Below are positions 36,986-47,700 of a stretch of DNA of 64,000 bases, piece after piece. This stretch comes from an uncultured Candidatus Saccharibacteria bacterium (GTDB lineage: Bacteria > Patescibacteriota > Saccharimonadia > Saccharimonadales > UBA10212): the NCBI GenBank assembly GCA_964567555.1, contig CAZMNA010000004.1:6234-70233 (forward strand), given 5' to 3'. Position 1 is the stretch's first letter, and each line of letters starts with the position of its first letter. Position numbers and translations under genes: made by a program. The notes under the pieces were generated by a model. That model was given only the letters and a program-made list of their open reading frames with translations, had not been told where the DNA came from and searched no databases.

Positions 36986-38275
36986 ATGAAGCTGTCTACT
37001 AGTCCCTACAAAGGCGCCCGAGATTTCTATCCGGCAGATAAACGTCTCCAGAAGTACATGTTCAACTGCTTGCGCGAAGTCGTAGAGGGCTTTGGCTACC
37101 AAGAGTATGATGCCCCGATTTTAGAGCCACTGGACATCTACCTGGCTAAGACGGGCGAGGAAATTATCAACGACCAGCTCTATTCATTTACCGACCGAGG
37201 CGGCAGACAAATTGCTATTAGACCAGAGATGACACCGTCTGTTAGCCGCATGGTCGCGGCCCGCCGCCAGGAACTGGCCTATCCTCTCCGGCTTTATAGC
37301 ATACCGAACCTTTGGCGTTATGAAAGGCCCCAGCGTGGGCGATTACGTGAGCATTGGCAGCTTAACGTAGATATTTTTGGTGTATCTGGGTTGGTTGCGG
37401 ATCACGAAATTATCCAGATCGCCAGTAATATAATGCGCAGGCTTGGTGCTCCGGAAAATAGTTACGTTATCCGGATTAGCAGCCGGCAACTGCTTGAATA
37501 TTTTCTACATGACGTACTTGGCCTAGAAGTTAGACAATCACTGGATGCTCAAAAACTCGTTGATAAAAAATACAAAATCACAAGATCTAAGTTTACGGCT
37601 GAAGCCGAGGCCCTTTTAAAAAACTCTAACCACGTGGCACAGCTCCTAGAATTCTTAAGTGCAAATAGTCTTTCCGCACTGCCGGCATCTTTACAAAGTC
37701 ACCCTTCAGTAACCGAGCTAGAGAAGCTATTTAAAATGCTGGCGGCATCAGGTGCCACCGAAGCAGTTTTCGACACCTCGATTGTCCGCGGCATGGAGTA
37801 CTACACAGATATCGTTTTTGAGGTTTTTGACACCAACCAAGAGAATATTCGCTCGCTCTTCGGCGGTGGCCGCTATGATGGGCTGGTGGGTCTTTTCGGA
37901 GTAGAGCCGGTGCCAACGGTTGGTTTCGGGATGGGCGACGTAACTTTGCAAAACTTCTTAATGACGCACAAACTTTTGCCAAATCTAAAACCTGAGACGG
38001 ACGCCACTGTTATTTTGATTGGTGATGTGTATGAATCCTGTCAGAATATTCTTGGTTCGTTAAGAGCTAGCGGCCTGAGACTGGCTGTTGATGACACCGA
38101 CCGCAAGCTAGACTCTCAAATTAAAAATGCTGTTAAGTCAGGAATTCGCTACGTGATTTTTCTGGGCGAAGAAGAGCTAAGGGCTAAAAAGTTTAAACTG
38201 CGCGACTTGTCCCGTGGCAGCGAGCAAAGTCTCAGCCAGGTGGAACTTGTCAGCACGCTAAAAGCCGCTCGTTAG
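36986..38275 (+). CDS. hisS: Histidine--tRNA ligase
   Basis: ..KGARDFYP.., motif 2 ..WRYERPQRGRLREHWQ.., motif 3 ..GGGRYDGL.. and an anticodon-binding C-domain. Confidence 0.95.
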   Translation: MKLSTSPYKGARDFYPADKRLQKYMFNCLREVVEGFGYQEYDAPILEPLDIYLAKTGEEIINDQLYSFTDRGGRQIAIRPEMTPSVSRMVAARRQELAYPLRLYSIPNLWRYERPQRGRLREHWQLNVDIFGVSGLVADHEIIQIASNIMRRLGAPENSYVIRISSRQLLEYFLHDVLGLEVRQSLDAQKLVDKKYKITRSKFTAEAEALLKNSNHVAQLLEFLSANSLSALPASLQSHPSVTELEKLFKMLAASGATEAVFDTSIVRGMEYYTDIVFEVFDTNQENIRSLFGGGRYDGLVGLFGVEPVPTVGFGMGDVTLQNFLMTHKLLPNLKPETDATVILIGDVYESCQNILGSLRASGLRLAVDDTDRKLDSQIKNAVKSGIRYVIFLGEEELRAKKFKLRDLSRGSEQSLSQVELVSTLKAAR

Positions 38276-38309
38276 CTCTAAATGACTGGAACCAAGCTTA
38301 GCTTACCGC

Positions 38310-38315
38310 TATAAT
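38310..38315 (+). promoter_or_regulatory. -10 box TATAAT, 10 nt upstream of the tig ATG
   Basis: ccgcTATAATccaaaagcttATG. Confidence 0.45.
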
Positions 38316-38325
38316 CCAAAAGCTT

Positions 38326-39609
38326 ATGATCATTACTCGCACCGATGAGCCTAATAATAAAATAAAGCTTCTAATAAGTTTGGATTCAAGTGAGCTTGGG
38401 CCCGTCAAGGATCACGTCATAGCCAAACACTTTGGCGACGTAAAAGTTCCTGGCTTTAGGGTTGGGCGTGCACCAGCGCAAGTTATTGAACAAAATCTTG
38501 ATCAAAAATTGGTGGTTAACGATTTTTTGGAGCACGCCATTAATGAATACTTTCCACGGGCTCTTCAACAGGAAAATGTGCGAGGTGTTGGTCAGCCCGA
38601 CATTCAAGTAAAAAAGTTTGTACCTTACGACCAGCTAGAGTTCGAGGCGTCTTTGGCCGTCGTCGGTCCGGTTAAACTGCCCGACTATAAGAAAATTAAG
38701 CTGACTAGGCCAAAGGTCGAAATTTCTACAACCGAAGTAAATGAAGTTCTGAGGTCACTACAGCAGCGAACGGCCAATCGCAAAGAATCAAGTGCCGCAA
38801 TCAAGACAGGCGATGAGGCAATCATTGACTTTGTCGGCAAAGATGACAAATCAAAACCGGTGCCGGGTGCTGAAGGCAAAGATTTTTCGGTTGTAATTGG
38901 TGCTCAAGCTTTAATCCCTGGCTTCGAGGATAATCTAATTGGACTAAAGGCAGGTGATACTAAGAAATTTGCGCTTGCCTTTCCTAGTAACTATGGACTG
39001 CCAGAATTGCGCTCAAAGAAAGTTAGTTTTAGCGCAGAGGTCAAACAGGTCAATGAACTAACTGAGCCTAAACTGGATGATGCATTTGCTGGCAAAATCG
39101 GGCCTTTTAAAAACCTCGCCGACCTCAAAGCCGATATTAAAAAACAGCTGATGGCCGAGCGAGAGATGCAGGCGCAGCGTGATGTTGAGAGCCGCTTAGT
39201 TAAACAAATCGTTGATAAATCTACGGTTGATATACCACAGAGTTTGGTTGAAGAGCAACTGCAGCTCATGGAAGACGAAGAAAAGCGTAATTTAGCCCAC
39301 CGCGGGCAAACCTGGCAGGAACATCTCAGGGCTGAGGCGGTCTCTGCCGAACAACACCGTGAACGCTACCGCTCTGAGGCTGCCGAGCGTGTCAAGGCTG
39401 GTCTAGCCCTGAGTGAGATTTCTATACGCGAAAAGATCCAAGTCACGCCCGAAGAAATAAATAGCCGCATTGCCGAGCTCAAAGGTCAATATGCCGACGA
39501 AGCAATGCGAGCCGAACTTGATAACCCGGCTAATAGACAGGACGTCGCAGCACGCCTGCTAACCGACAAGACGCTTCAAAAACTACTTGAATACTCAACC
39601 ACGAATTAG
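38326..39609 (+). CDS. tig: Trigger factor
   Basis: N-terminal ribosome-binding domain (..GFRVGRAP..), FKBP-type middle domain (..IDFVGKDD..GFEDNLIGLKAGD..) and a helical C-domain. Confidence 0.9.
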   Translation: MIITRTDEPNNKIKLLISLDSSELGPVKDHVIAKHFGDVKVPGFRVGRAPAQVIEQNLDQKLVVNDFLEHAINEYFPRALQQENVRGVGQPDIQVKKFVPYDQLEFEASLAVVGPVKLPDYKKIKLTRPKVEISTTEVNEVLRSLQQRTANRKESSAAIKTGDEAIIDFVGKDDKSKPVPGAEGKDFSVVIGAQALIPGFEDNLIGLKAGDTKKFALAFPSNYGLPELRSKKVSFSAEVKQVNELTEPKLDDAFAGKIGPFKNLADLKADIKKQLMAEREMQAQRDVESRLVKQIVDKSTVDIPQSLVEEQLQLMEDEEKRNLAHRGQTWQEHLRAEAVSAEQHRERYRSEAAERVKAGLALSEISIREKIQVTPEEINSRIAELKGQYADEAMRAELDNPANRQDVAARLLTDKTLQKLLEYSTTN

Positions 39610-39632
39610 CACTCTTGACTTGCGAGTGCCAA
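39606..39632. promoter_or_regulatory. CIRCE-like (HrcA operator) inverted repeat upstream of clpP
   Basis: TTAGCACTC-ttgacttgc-GAGTGCCAA matches the consensus at 17 of 18 positions. The first 19 nt (AATTAGCACTCTTGACTTG) are identical to the clpC copy. TTGACT in the spacer lies 16 nt upstream of TAAGCT (39638-39643), which is 9 nt before ATG 39653. Confidence 0.7.
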
Positions 39633-39652
39633 CCGGCTAAGCTGGTTTTATT

Positions 39653-40252
39653 ATGAATAATACTTCTCAGGTCCTGGTGCCAACTGTTATAGAACAAGAA
39701 GGCCGTATGGAGCGGGCATATGACATCTACAGTCGTCTTTTGAAGGACCGCATTATTTTCCTTGGCGATGAAATCAATCAGCACACTGCCAATCTAGTAG
39801 TTGCCCAGATTCTTTTTTTAGAAAACGAGGAGCCAAACCGCGACATTATTCTTTACCTTAATAGTCCAGGTGGAAGTGTCTACGACGCCCTTGCGATTTA
39901 TGACACCATGAAATTTGTTAAAAGCGATATCCAGACCGTTGGGATTGGCGTCCAAGCGTCTGCTGCTGCCTTTATTTTAAGTTCCGGCACCAAAGGCAAG
40001 CGCTTGCTGCTACCTAACACCACGGTAATGATTCACCAGCCATCAAGTGCTAGTCAGCGCGCTAAGATCTCTGACCTAGAAATTGATCTTCGTGAGGGCA
40101 TCCGATTAAAGAAGCTGCTAAACGAAATCATGGCTAAAAACACCGGTCAGCCAATTAGCAAGGTTGAAAAAGATGTAGACCGCGACTATTGGATGACGGC
40201 CGATGAGGCCAAAAAATACGGATTAGTCGACAAGGTTATTACGAACCGGTAG
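39653..40252 (+). CDS. clpP: ATP-dependent Clp protease proteolytic subunit
   Basis: ..[13 protein letters not shown].., catalytic Ser context [11 protein letters not shown], His in VMIHQP and Asp in DRDYWM. Confidence 0.95.
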   Translation: MNNTSQVLVPTVIEQEGRMERAYDIYSRLLKDRIIFLGDEINQHTANLVVAQILFLENEEPNRDIILYLNSPGGSVYDALAIYDTMKFVKSDIQTVGIGVQASAAAFILSSGTKGKRLLLPNTTVMIHQPSSASQRAKISDLEIDLREGIRLKKLLNEIMAKNTGQPISKVEKDVDRDYWMTADEAKKYGLVDKVITNR

Positions 40253-40302
40253 ACCGCTCGACACAAGGGAGCTTTACGCGTGTATAATAGCTCCCAAAGC
40301 CA

Positions 40303-41109
40303 ATGACTGAACTAGCAGCTGAACCACTAGAACGCGAAGACCGTGACGATTTTTTCTACGTAAAGTATGGGGGTTATAACTTTCCGATAGCTGAAGACGG
40401 CGGCCTCCGCATCAGTAGGGTCAATAGTTCAAGCCCCGAGAGATACCACCAAGCTGCGACAAGAGAAATGATTGAGCGGTGGAGACGCTGGAGACCTGTG
40501 AGTGGCGAGAGCTCGGTAGCATTTTCTGGACCTAGCAATGCCGACCTTGCTGCAGAAACTCGACGCTACTTAGGGGAATTGCCAACTGAAGGTTTGCATG
40601 TCAATGTTAAGGCATCATTGCCTGTATTGCCGTTTAGTTTTTGGCAGAGAGGCGTAACGCGGCGCGTCGAGGGTCCGGACCGCAATCTCGACCTCCCGGT
40701 AGGATTCGGCTATGCTAAACGGTTGGGCCGTAGACTTGATGGTTTTACTGACGTTGGCAATATCGTTGTTGATCCTGACTACAGGGGTCTGGGCGTCGGG
40801 CGAACTATCTTGCACTCGCTTTTAAGAGAGTCTCCTCAGTATGTGGAGGTCGAAGCGATGATCCGAAGAGATGATGAGAGGATTAAAGAACTTGCCGTAG
40901 CTCTAGGCTTCAGCGCCGTTCCGTTTAGAGAGCACATGATGGACGTGGGCGAGCCCCTAGATTTGTACAGAGCATCTTCCGCAAGAGAGGTGTTGGCCTA
41001 CCTCGAACGAGCCAATCCATGGCTGCAAACAAGGCAACCTGTTCGGCCCATTAGGCCAGCTTCAACAAAAAGCGGCGGAAAAGTGTTGACATCTAGCTCA
41101 GTAACATAG
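40303..41109 (+). CDS. GNAT-like acetyltransferase with unrecognised ~150-aa N-terminal region
   Basis: ..NIVVDPDYRGLGVGRTILHSLL.. is GNAT motif A (R/Q-x-x-G-x-G/A). The protein is Arg-rich and uses many AGR codons, unlike its neighbours. Confidence 0.55.
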   Translation: MTELAAEPLEREDRDDFFYVKYGGYNFPIAEDGGLRISRVNSSSPERYHQAATREMIERWRRWRPVSGESSVAFSGPSNADLAAETRRYLGELPTEGLHVNVKASLPVLPFSFWQRGVTRRVEGPDRNLDLPVGFGYAKRLGRRLDGFTDVGNIVVDPDYRGLGVGRTILHSLLRESPQYVEVEAMIRRDDERIKELAVALGFSAVPFREHMMDVGEPLDLYRASSAREVLAYLERANPWLQTRQPVRPIRPASTKSGGKVLTSSSVT

Positions 41110-41114
41110 ATAAT
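41086..41114 (+). promoter_or_regulatory. Near-consensus sigma70 promoter for rpoBC, overlapping the 3' end of the GNAT ORF
   Basis: TTGACA (41086-41091), a 17-nt spacer, then GATAAT (41109-41114). This predicts a ~110-nt leader before rpoB. Confidence 0.5.
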
Positions 41115-41232
41115 TATCACTCAAGAAGTAGTGTACTTTGGTGCTTGCTGTAGATTTATAACATTTTTTGCATCGCCGAACGTAGTAGAGCTTCGTATTA
41201 GCGACATCTAAGAAGCAAGGGGTTGTCTTTAC

Positions 41233-44200
41233 ATGGTCAAAGGCATGGGCGTTATCGGAAAGCGCACTTACTTTACTAGTTCGGATGATATTATTAGTCC
41301 ACCGAATCTGGTTGATCACCAAAACAAATCATTTGAATGGTTTGTTAGAGAGGGCTTAGGCGAACTACTAGAAGAGATCAGCCCAGTTGATGATTACACC
41401 GGCACAAAGCTAAGCCTACGTTTCAAGGGCTACCACTTTGAAGACCCCAAGATGACTGAGTCTGAGGCACGGGAGAATAACGTTAGCTATGATGCGCCGC
41501 TAAAAGCCACGGTTGAGCTGACCAATAAAGTAACCGGCGAGGTCAAAGAGCAGGAAATATACTTAGGCGATTACCCGTGGATGACCACCCGCGGAACGTT
41601 TGTTATTAACGGAGCCGAGCGAGTTGTCGTTAGCCAGCTGATCAGGTCCAGCGGCGTGTTTTTCACAGGAGATCCTCATAGTGGTACCAACCTTTATGGA
41701 GCAAAGATAATTCCGGTACGTGGTGCGTGGCTGGAATTTGAAACGGCGGCTAGTGGCGTGCTTTACGTAAAGATTGACCGAAAGCGCAAGATTGCTGTAA
41801 CTACACTTTTGCGGGCACTTGGCATGAGCGCTGAGCAAATCAAGGACGCTTTCAAGCACGTTGATTCCGGCGAGAATAGTTTTGTTGATGCAACATTGGA
41901 CAAAGACCCGTCGGGCTCTTCAAACGAGGCCTTAATTGAGGTTTACCGCCGTCTGCGGCCAGGTGATCTGGCGACTGTTGACAACGCTCGTTCTTTGATT
42001 GAGAACATGTTTTATAACTTTAAGCGCTTTGACTTTGGGCGGGTCGGCCGGTATAAGCTCAATAAGCGTTTGAATCTGGACGTTGATAACACTACTGCCA
42101 ACAGAATTTTACGGCTTGAAGATCTCCTGGCCATCATTGCAGAAATTATTCGTCTAAACGTTACTCAGGACCCCGCAGACGAGATAGACTCGCTAGCTAA
42201 TCGACGCGTTAAATTGGTCGGTGAGCTAGTACAACGCCAGTTTAGGATAGGTTTGCTCAGGATGGAGCGCAACGCTAAGGATCGTATGAGTATGTCAGAG
42301 ATTGAAACGGTCACGCCGGCCCAGCTAATCAACGCCCGACCTGTTGTGGCTGCGGTTCGCGAGTTCTTTGCCAGCTCACAGCTGAGTCAGTTCATGGATC
42401 AAATCAACCCGCTTTCTGAACTTGCTCATAAGCGACGTCTTTCATCTATGGGACCCGGTGGTTTATCGCGCGAGCGAGCCGGCTTTGAAGTCCGTGATGC
42501 ACACGCTACCCACTACGGCCGCATTTGCCCAGTAGAAACACCGGAAGGGGCCAACATTGGTCTTGTTTTGAATCTTGCAGGCTTTGCACGTATAAACGAA
42601 TACGGCTTCATTGAAACCCCTTACCGCAAAATCATTAATGCAGTAGCTGCCCGCGACAGCGCGGGCCACATCGCCAACGGTGATTTAACAGACGAAAAGG
42701 GCAAGGTCATCATTAAAAGCGGTGCTGTTATAACCCCAGCTGCCGCTAAACGCCTAGCTGCCGTCAAGTCTCAAGCCACCTGGCCAATTAAGGCAAAAGT
42801 AACCGACAAAATTGTTTACTTAGATGCCGCCGAGGAAGAGCAGGCTGTCGTCGCGGGAGCCGGTAATGAAATTGATGCCAATGGTTACTTTATAGAACCG
42901 CGTCTCAGTGCCCGCAACCGGCTTGAGCCGGGCGAATTTGATGCTAACGAAATAACACACATGGATAGCTCTCGGTCACAGACCATTGGCTCTAGCGCCG
43001 GTCTAATCCCGTTTGTGGAGAAGAACTACGTGCTGAGAAGCTTGATGGGCTCAAACCAGCAACGTCAAGCTGTGCCCTTGATTAAACCCGAACCACCCAT
43101 TGTTGGCACCGGCCTAGAATCAGTCGTTGCTGCCAACACGGGGCAGATCATAGTAGCCGAAGACGATGGTACTGTCCAAAAGGCAACAGCTGATGAAATC
43201 ATTGTTAAGTACAAGTCTGGTAAGAGCGGTAAGTATCACCCCAGTCACTTTATTCGCAGCAATGAAGGAAGCTCGGTCAATCAGCTAGTTGTTGTCAACA
43301 GCGGCGATAAAGTAAAAGTTGGGCAGCCGCTGGCCGAAGGCATGAGTATTGCTGATGGCGAACTTGCTCTTGGCAAAGATTTACTTGTGGCTTTTATGCC
43401 ATGGGCTGGTTATAACTTCGAGGACGCCATTATCCTGTCCCGCCGTCTTGTAGAGGATGATGCTCTGACCTCAATCCACATTGTTGATTACATGACCGAA
43501 GTCCGGGAGACCAAGCTCGGCCCCGAGATTGTCACTGGTGACATTCCTAACGTTTCGGAAGAAAGTCTACGCCACTTAGATGAAGACGGCATCGTTCGTA
43601 TTGGTGCCGAAGTACACCCGGGTGACATTTTAGTAGGCAAGATTACCCCTAAGGGTGAGCAAGAACTTTCCAGCGAGGAACGCCTTCTGCGTGCGATTTT
43701 TGGCGAAAAAGCCAAAGAGGTTCGTGACACTTCTCAGCGCATGAGTACTGGCCGCCACGGCAAAGTGGTTGGCGTAAAGGTGTTTTCACGAGCTAACGGT
43801 CACGAGCTAAAAGCGGGCGTTATTATGCAAATCCAAGTTTTTGTGGCACAGATGCGCAAAATTAGTGTCGGCGACAAGCTTGGTGGCCGTCACGGCAACA
43901 AAGGTGTCATTGCCAGAATTTTGCCGGTTGAGGACATGCCATTTACAGAAGACGGCACACCGATTGATATCATCTTAAACCCACTTGGCGTACCAAGCCG
44001 TATGAACATTGGCCAGCTGTTCGAAACGCACCTCGGCATGGCGGCAAGAGCTTTAGGCATTCGGGTGGCTAGTCCGGCCTTCAACGGTGTGCCGATTCCT
44101 AGGATCAGGGAGCTCCTCGTAGAAGCTGGCCTCTCAGAAGACGGCAAGCAGCAGCTCTATGACGGCCGCAGCGGTCACGCCTTTTCGGAAAGAACCACTG

Positions 44201-44778
44201 TCGGCAGTATGTATATCATCAAGCTAAATCACATGGTGAGCGACAAAATTCATGCCCGTTCCACTGGTCCTTACACGATGGTTACCCAACAGCCGCTGGG
44301 TGGAAAAGCCCAAAATGGCGGCCAACGATTTGGCGAAATGGAAGTCTGGGCGCTGGAAGCTTATGGCGCAGCCAATACCTTACAGGAAATGCTAACTATA
44401 AAGTCAGACGATGTTTATGGGCGGGCCAAAGCCTATGAGTCAATCATAAAAGGCATGCCTATTCAGGGGCCGAAGGTGCCAGAGAGCTTCAATGTGCTAG
44501 TCAAGGAGCTGCAAGGACTCGGTCTAAAGGTTGACCTAATGACAAAAGGCAAGGTTGTGGACGCCGAAGAAGTATTAGCAGAGAACATTAAAGACGAGGC
44601 CAAGCATGCACCGGATAAAGAGATAGCTCCGGAACGTACGCCCGAGGATGGGGCAACCGAAGAGGCTGTTGAACAAGAAATTCGGATGATGGACGATCCT
44701 ATGATTGCAGTTATGAGCGACGATTCGACGGCATCCAAACCTACTAACGAAGGTGGAGAGAAGGCCAAAAAACAATGA
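41233..44778 (+). CDS. rpoB: DNA-directed RNA polymerase beta subunit
   Basis: Full-length RpoB motifs (..GYNFEDAI.., ..NMGQ/NIGQLFETHLG.., ..GGQRFGEMEVWALEAYGA..). An alternative ATG lies at 41245. Confidence 0.97.
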   Translation: MVKGMGVIGKRTYFTSSDDIISPPNLVDHQNKSFEWFVREGLGELLEEISPVDDYTGTKLSLRFKGYHFEDPKMTESEARENNVSYDAPLKATVELTNKVTGEVKEQEIYLGDYPWMTTRGTFVINGAERVVVSQLIRSSGVFFTGDPHSGTNLYGAKIIPVRGAWLEFETAASGVLYVKIDRKRKIAVTTLLRALGMSAEQIKDAFKHVDSGENSFVDATLDKDPSGSSNEALIEVYRRLRPGDLATVDNARSLIENMFYNFKRFDFGRVGRYKLNKRLNLDVDNTTANRILRLEDLLAIIAEIIRLNVTQDPADEIDSLANRRVKLVGELVQRQFRIGLLRMERNAKDRMSMSEIETVTPAQLINARPVVAAVREFFASSQLSQFMDQINPLSELAHKRRLSSMGPGGLSRERAGFEVRDAHATHYGRICPVETPEGANIGLVLNLAGFARINEYGFIETPYRKIINAVAARDSAGHIANGDLTDEKGKVIIKSGAVITPAAAKRLAAVKSQATWPIKAKVTDKIVYLDAAEEEQAVVAGAGNEIDANGYFIEPRLSARNRLEPGEFDANEITHMDSSRSQTIGSSAGLIPFVEKNYVLRSLMGSNQQRQAVPLIKPEPPIVGTGLESVVAANTGQIIVAEDDGTVQKATADEIIVKYKSGKSGKYHPSHFIRSNEGSSVNQLVVVNSGDKVKVGQPLAEGMSIADGELALGKDLLVAFMPWAGYNFEDAIILSRRLVEDDALTSIHIVDYMTEVRETKLGPEIVTGDIPNVSEESLRHLDEDGIVRIGAEVHPGDILVGKITPKGEQELSSEERLLRAIFGEKAKEVRDTSQRMSTGRHGKVVGVKVFSRANGHELKAGVIMQIQVFVAQMRKISVGDKLGGRHGNKGVIARILPVEDMPFTEDGTPIDIILNPLGVPSRMNIGQLFETHLGMAARALGIRVASPAFNGVPIPRIRELLVEAGLSEDGKQQLYDGRSGHAFSERTTVGSMYIIKLNHMVSDKIHARSTGPYTMVTQQPLGGKAQNGGQRFGEMEVWALEAYGAANTLQEMLTIKSDDVYGRAKAYESIIKGMPIQGPKVPESFNVLVKELQGLGLKVDLMTKGKVVDAEEVLAENIKDEAKHAPDKEIAPERTPEDGATEEAVEQEIRMMDDPMIAVMSDDSTASKPTNEGGEKAKKQ

Positions 44779-47700
44779 GAAACTACACGCCAGGTACCAA
44801 CATAGCCGATTTTGATGCCGTTCGCCTAGCGATTGCTAGTCCGGAAGACATCATGGAGTGGAGCTATGGAGAGGTGACCAAACCAGAAACAATTAACTAT
44901 CGTACTCAGAAACCCGAACGCGACGGGCTATTCTGTGAACGAATATTCGGCCCAGTTAAAGACATCAATCCGCACGACGCTAAGTTCAAGGGAGTCCGGA
45001 GCCGAGAAGCAGCTGTTGATAAAAATGGCGAACTAGTAACTCGTTCAATAGTACGACGCGAGCGTATGGGTCATATTAACTTAGCGTCTCCTGTCGCCCA
45101 CATTTGGTTTTTGCGTGGCACTCCGAGTGCCATCGGCCTCGTTCTTGGCATAACGGTAAAAAATCTAGAGCGGGTATCATATTTTGCTAGCTATATCGTC
45201 AAGTCAGTTGATGCAGAAAAACGAGATAAGATTTGGAAAGACAAACAAGCTGAAAATCAAGTTGCTGAAAAAGCAATCAATGCCCGCTATGAAGCCGAAG
45301 CCGCCAAAGAGGGCGCTGACGTCAAATCTATAGCCGAAGCAAGGACTCGGGAGTTAGAGGAACTAGCACAAGGCTTTGAACTATATAAAAGCCAGGTGGA
45401 TAGTTTGGATAAATACCGCTTAATGAGCGAAACTGACTTTCGCAACTTGCCCGATGAGCTGGCAGAGCTCGCAACTGTTGGCATGGGCGGCTCAGTCATA
45501 AAAGAGTTATTAGAAGAAGTAGAGCTTAAGAAGTTAATTAAAGAGCTGAATAAAGAAGCCGAAGAAGCCAAGGGACAACGCAAAAAGAAAATAATGAAGC
45601 GCCTAAGACTGCTAGAAAGTATGGAGCGTGCTGGCATAAAGCCATCTAGCATGTGTGTATCTGTATTACCAGTCATCCCGCCCGACCTGAGACCTATGGT
45701 CCAGCTTACTGGTGGCCGCTTTGCCACAAGCGACCTTAATGACCTTTACCGACGTGTGATTAATCGTAACAACCGCTTAAAGAAACTAATTGAGCTCAAC
45801 GCGCCTGAAGTGATTAAGCGCAATGAGCAGCGTATGCTTCAAGAAGCGGTTGATGCTCTCATAGATAACAACAGTGCCAGGTCAGGTAGAGCAGTAGCTG
45901 CTACAGGACAGCGCCGGCGCCTAAAATCACTTTCCGACATGCTCAAAGGCAAACAGGGTCGCTTCCGCCAGAACCTGCTCGGCAAACGTGTAGACTATTC
46001 CGGTCGGTCGGTGATTGTGGCTGGTCCAGAGCTAAAAATGTATCAGTGCGGTCTGCCTAAAACCATGGCGTTAGAGCTATTTAAGCCCTTTGTCATTGGG
46101 CGCCTCATAGATCAAGAGCTGGCCCATAATATCCGCAGTGCTACCAGAATGATTGAAATGGGCGAGCCATCCGTCTGGGACGCGCTGGATGAAGTAATTC
46201 ACAATAAGTACGTTTTACTTAACCGCGCCCCAAGTTTGCACCGATTATCAATTCAGGCTTTCCAGCCCGTCTTGATAGAAGGTAAAGCTATCCAGTTGCA
46301 TCCGCTGGTGTGTAAAGGTTTTAATGCCGATTTCGACGGCGACCAGATGGCCGTTCATCTGCCACTATCCGAAGCTTCTCAAACTGAAGCCCGGGAAATT
46401 ATGGCTTCAAACAAAAACTTGCTAAAGCCAGCCGACGGCTCACCGATACTCCACGTAGAGCAAGACATCGTTTTGGGCTGCTACTACCTAACTTACGTTA
46501 AGCCGGGCACTGAAAAAGCAGAGGCTAAAAACTTCTCTGGCGTAGACGAAGTTATCTTAGCGCTAGATAGACAAAAAATAACTATGCAGACCCGTGTTTT
46601 AGCGCCTTTCCGGGGCGAGTTGCGTGACACTACGGCCGGTCGCCTGCTATTTAATGAAATTCTACCCGAGGACTTTACGTTTCAGAACGAGGCTATGACC
46701 TCGAAAAAACTAGATAAAGTTATGTCCAAAATTTACCAAAAGTATGGTCAAGATAAGACCGCTGAGATAGCTGACGACTTAAAAGACTTAGGCTTCCGTT
46801 ACGCAACTCTTTCTGGCCTATCTATTGGTATGGGCGACTTCACTGATATCGCGGTACTGCCAAAGGTCGTGTCCGAAGGTGAAAAACGTGCTACGGAAAT
46901 TTCTGAGCAATATAGCCAGGGCTTTATCACCGATGACGAGCGCTATCGTCTGACAGTAGAAACTTGGACGGACGTAGATACCGCAGTTGAAAAGGCCCTG
47001 GCTGAGCAATTCGCTAAAGAGGATAACACGATGTCTATCGCGGTCGCGTCTGGCGCTCGCGGCAACATTAGCCAGATGAAAAAATCTGTCGGCATGCTCG
47101 GCATGTTTGCCGATGCTACGGGGCGTGCGATTGAGCTGCCTGTAAGAAGCAACTACAAATACGGTCTTAATCCGCTGGAATACTTTACTGCCACGCGAGG
47201 CACCAGAAAATCATTAATCGACATTGCGCTTCGCACGGCTGATTCCGGCTACTTGACCCGACGTTTGGTAGACGTAGCCCAAGATGTGTTTACACTAGAA
47301 GAAGATGTAGCTGACCCAGGCTTTTTGACTCATCGCGAGGATGCAAAACTTGTTGGTGTGAATTTCTCAGCCAGGCTGGCTGGTCGCTACAGTGCCGATA
47401 AACTCAAAAACTATGTTAAGTCTGGTGAACTAATCACTCCAGAAATTGCTCAAGCTATCGACGAGGACGTTTCGGTCAACTCAGTTCGAATCATGAGTGT
47501 GCTGTCTTGCACAAGCTCTCGAGGCGTAAGCCAAAAATGCTATGGCATTGATTTAGCAACTGGCGAATTGGTAGCCGCCCATCACCCGATTGGAGTGATC
47601 GCCGCTCAGTCTATTGGTGAACCAGGCACTCAGCTTTCCCTGGACTCTAAGCACCGTGCCGGCGCTGTCACCGCTGGCGACGACGTGACCCAAGGCTTGA

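Noticed and set aside
41086-41120. The rpoB promoter TTGACATCTAGCTCAGTAACATAGATAAT resembles the synthetic consensus 'Anderson' promoter (TTGACAGCTAGCTCAGTCCTAGGTATAAT as I recall it), including the run CTAGCTCAGT
   Set aside because: Seven mismatches remain. The sequence also encodes the natural C-terminus and stop codon of the upstream ORF, and no vector or scar sequences flank it. I treat this as coincidence, not evidence of engineering.
44775-44778. Possible UGA recoding, as in the Gracilibacteria/SR1 genetic code 25
   Set aside because: UGA terminates rpoB, gatA (10136-10138), the PfkB kinase (3667-3669) and rpsE (62614-62616) at the expected conserved protein ends. This indicates the standard code 11.
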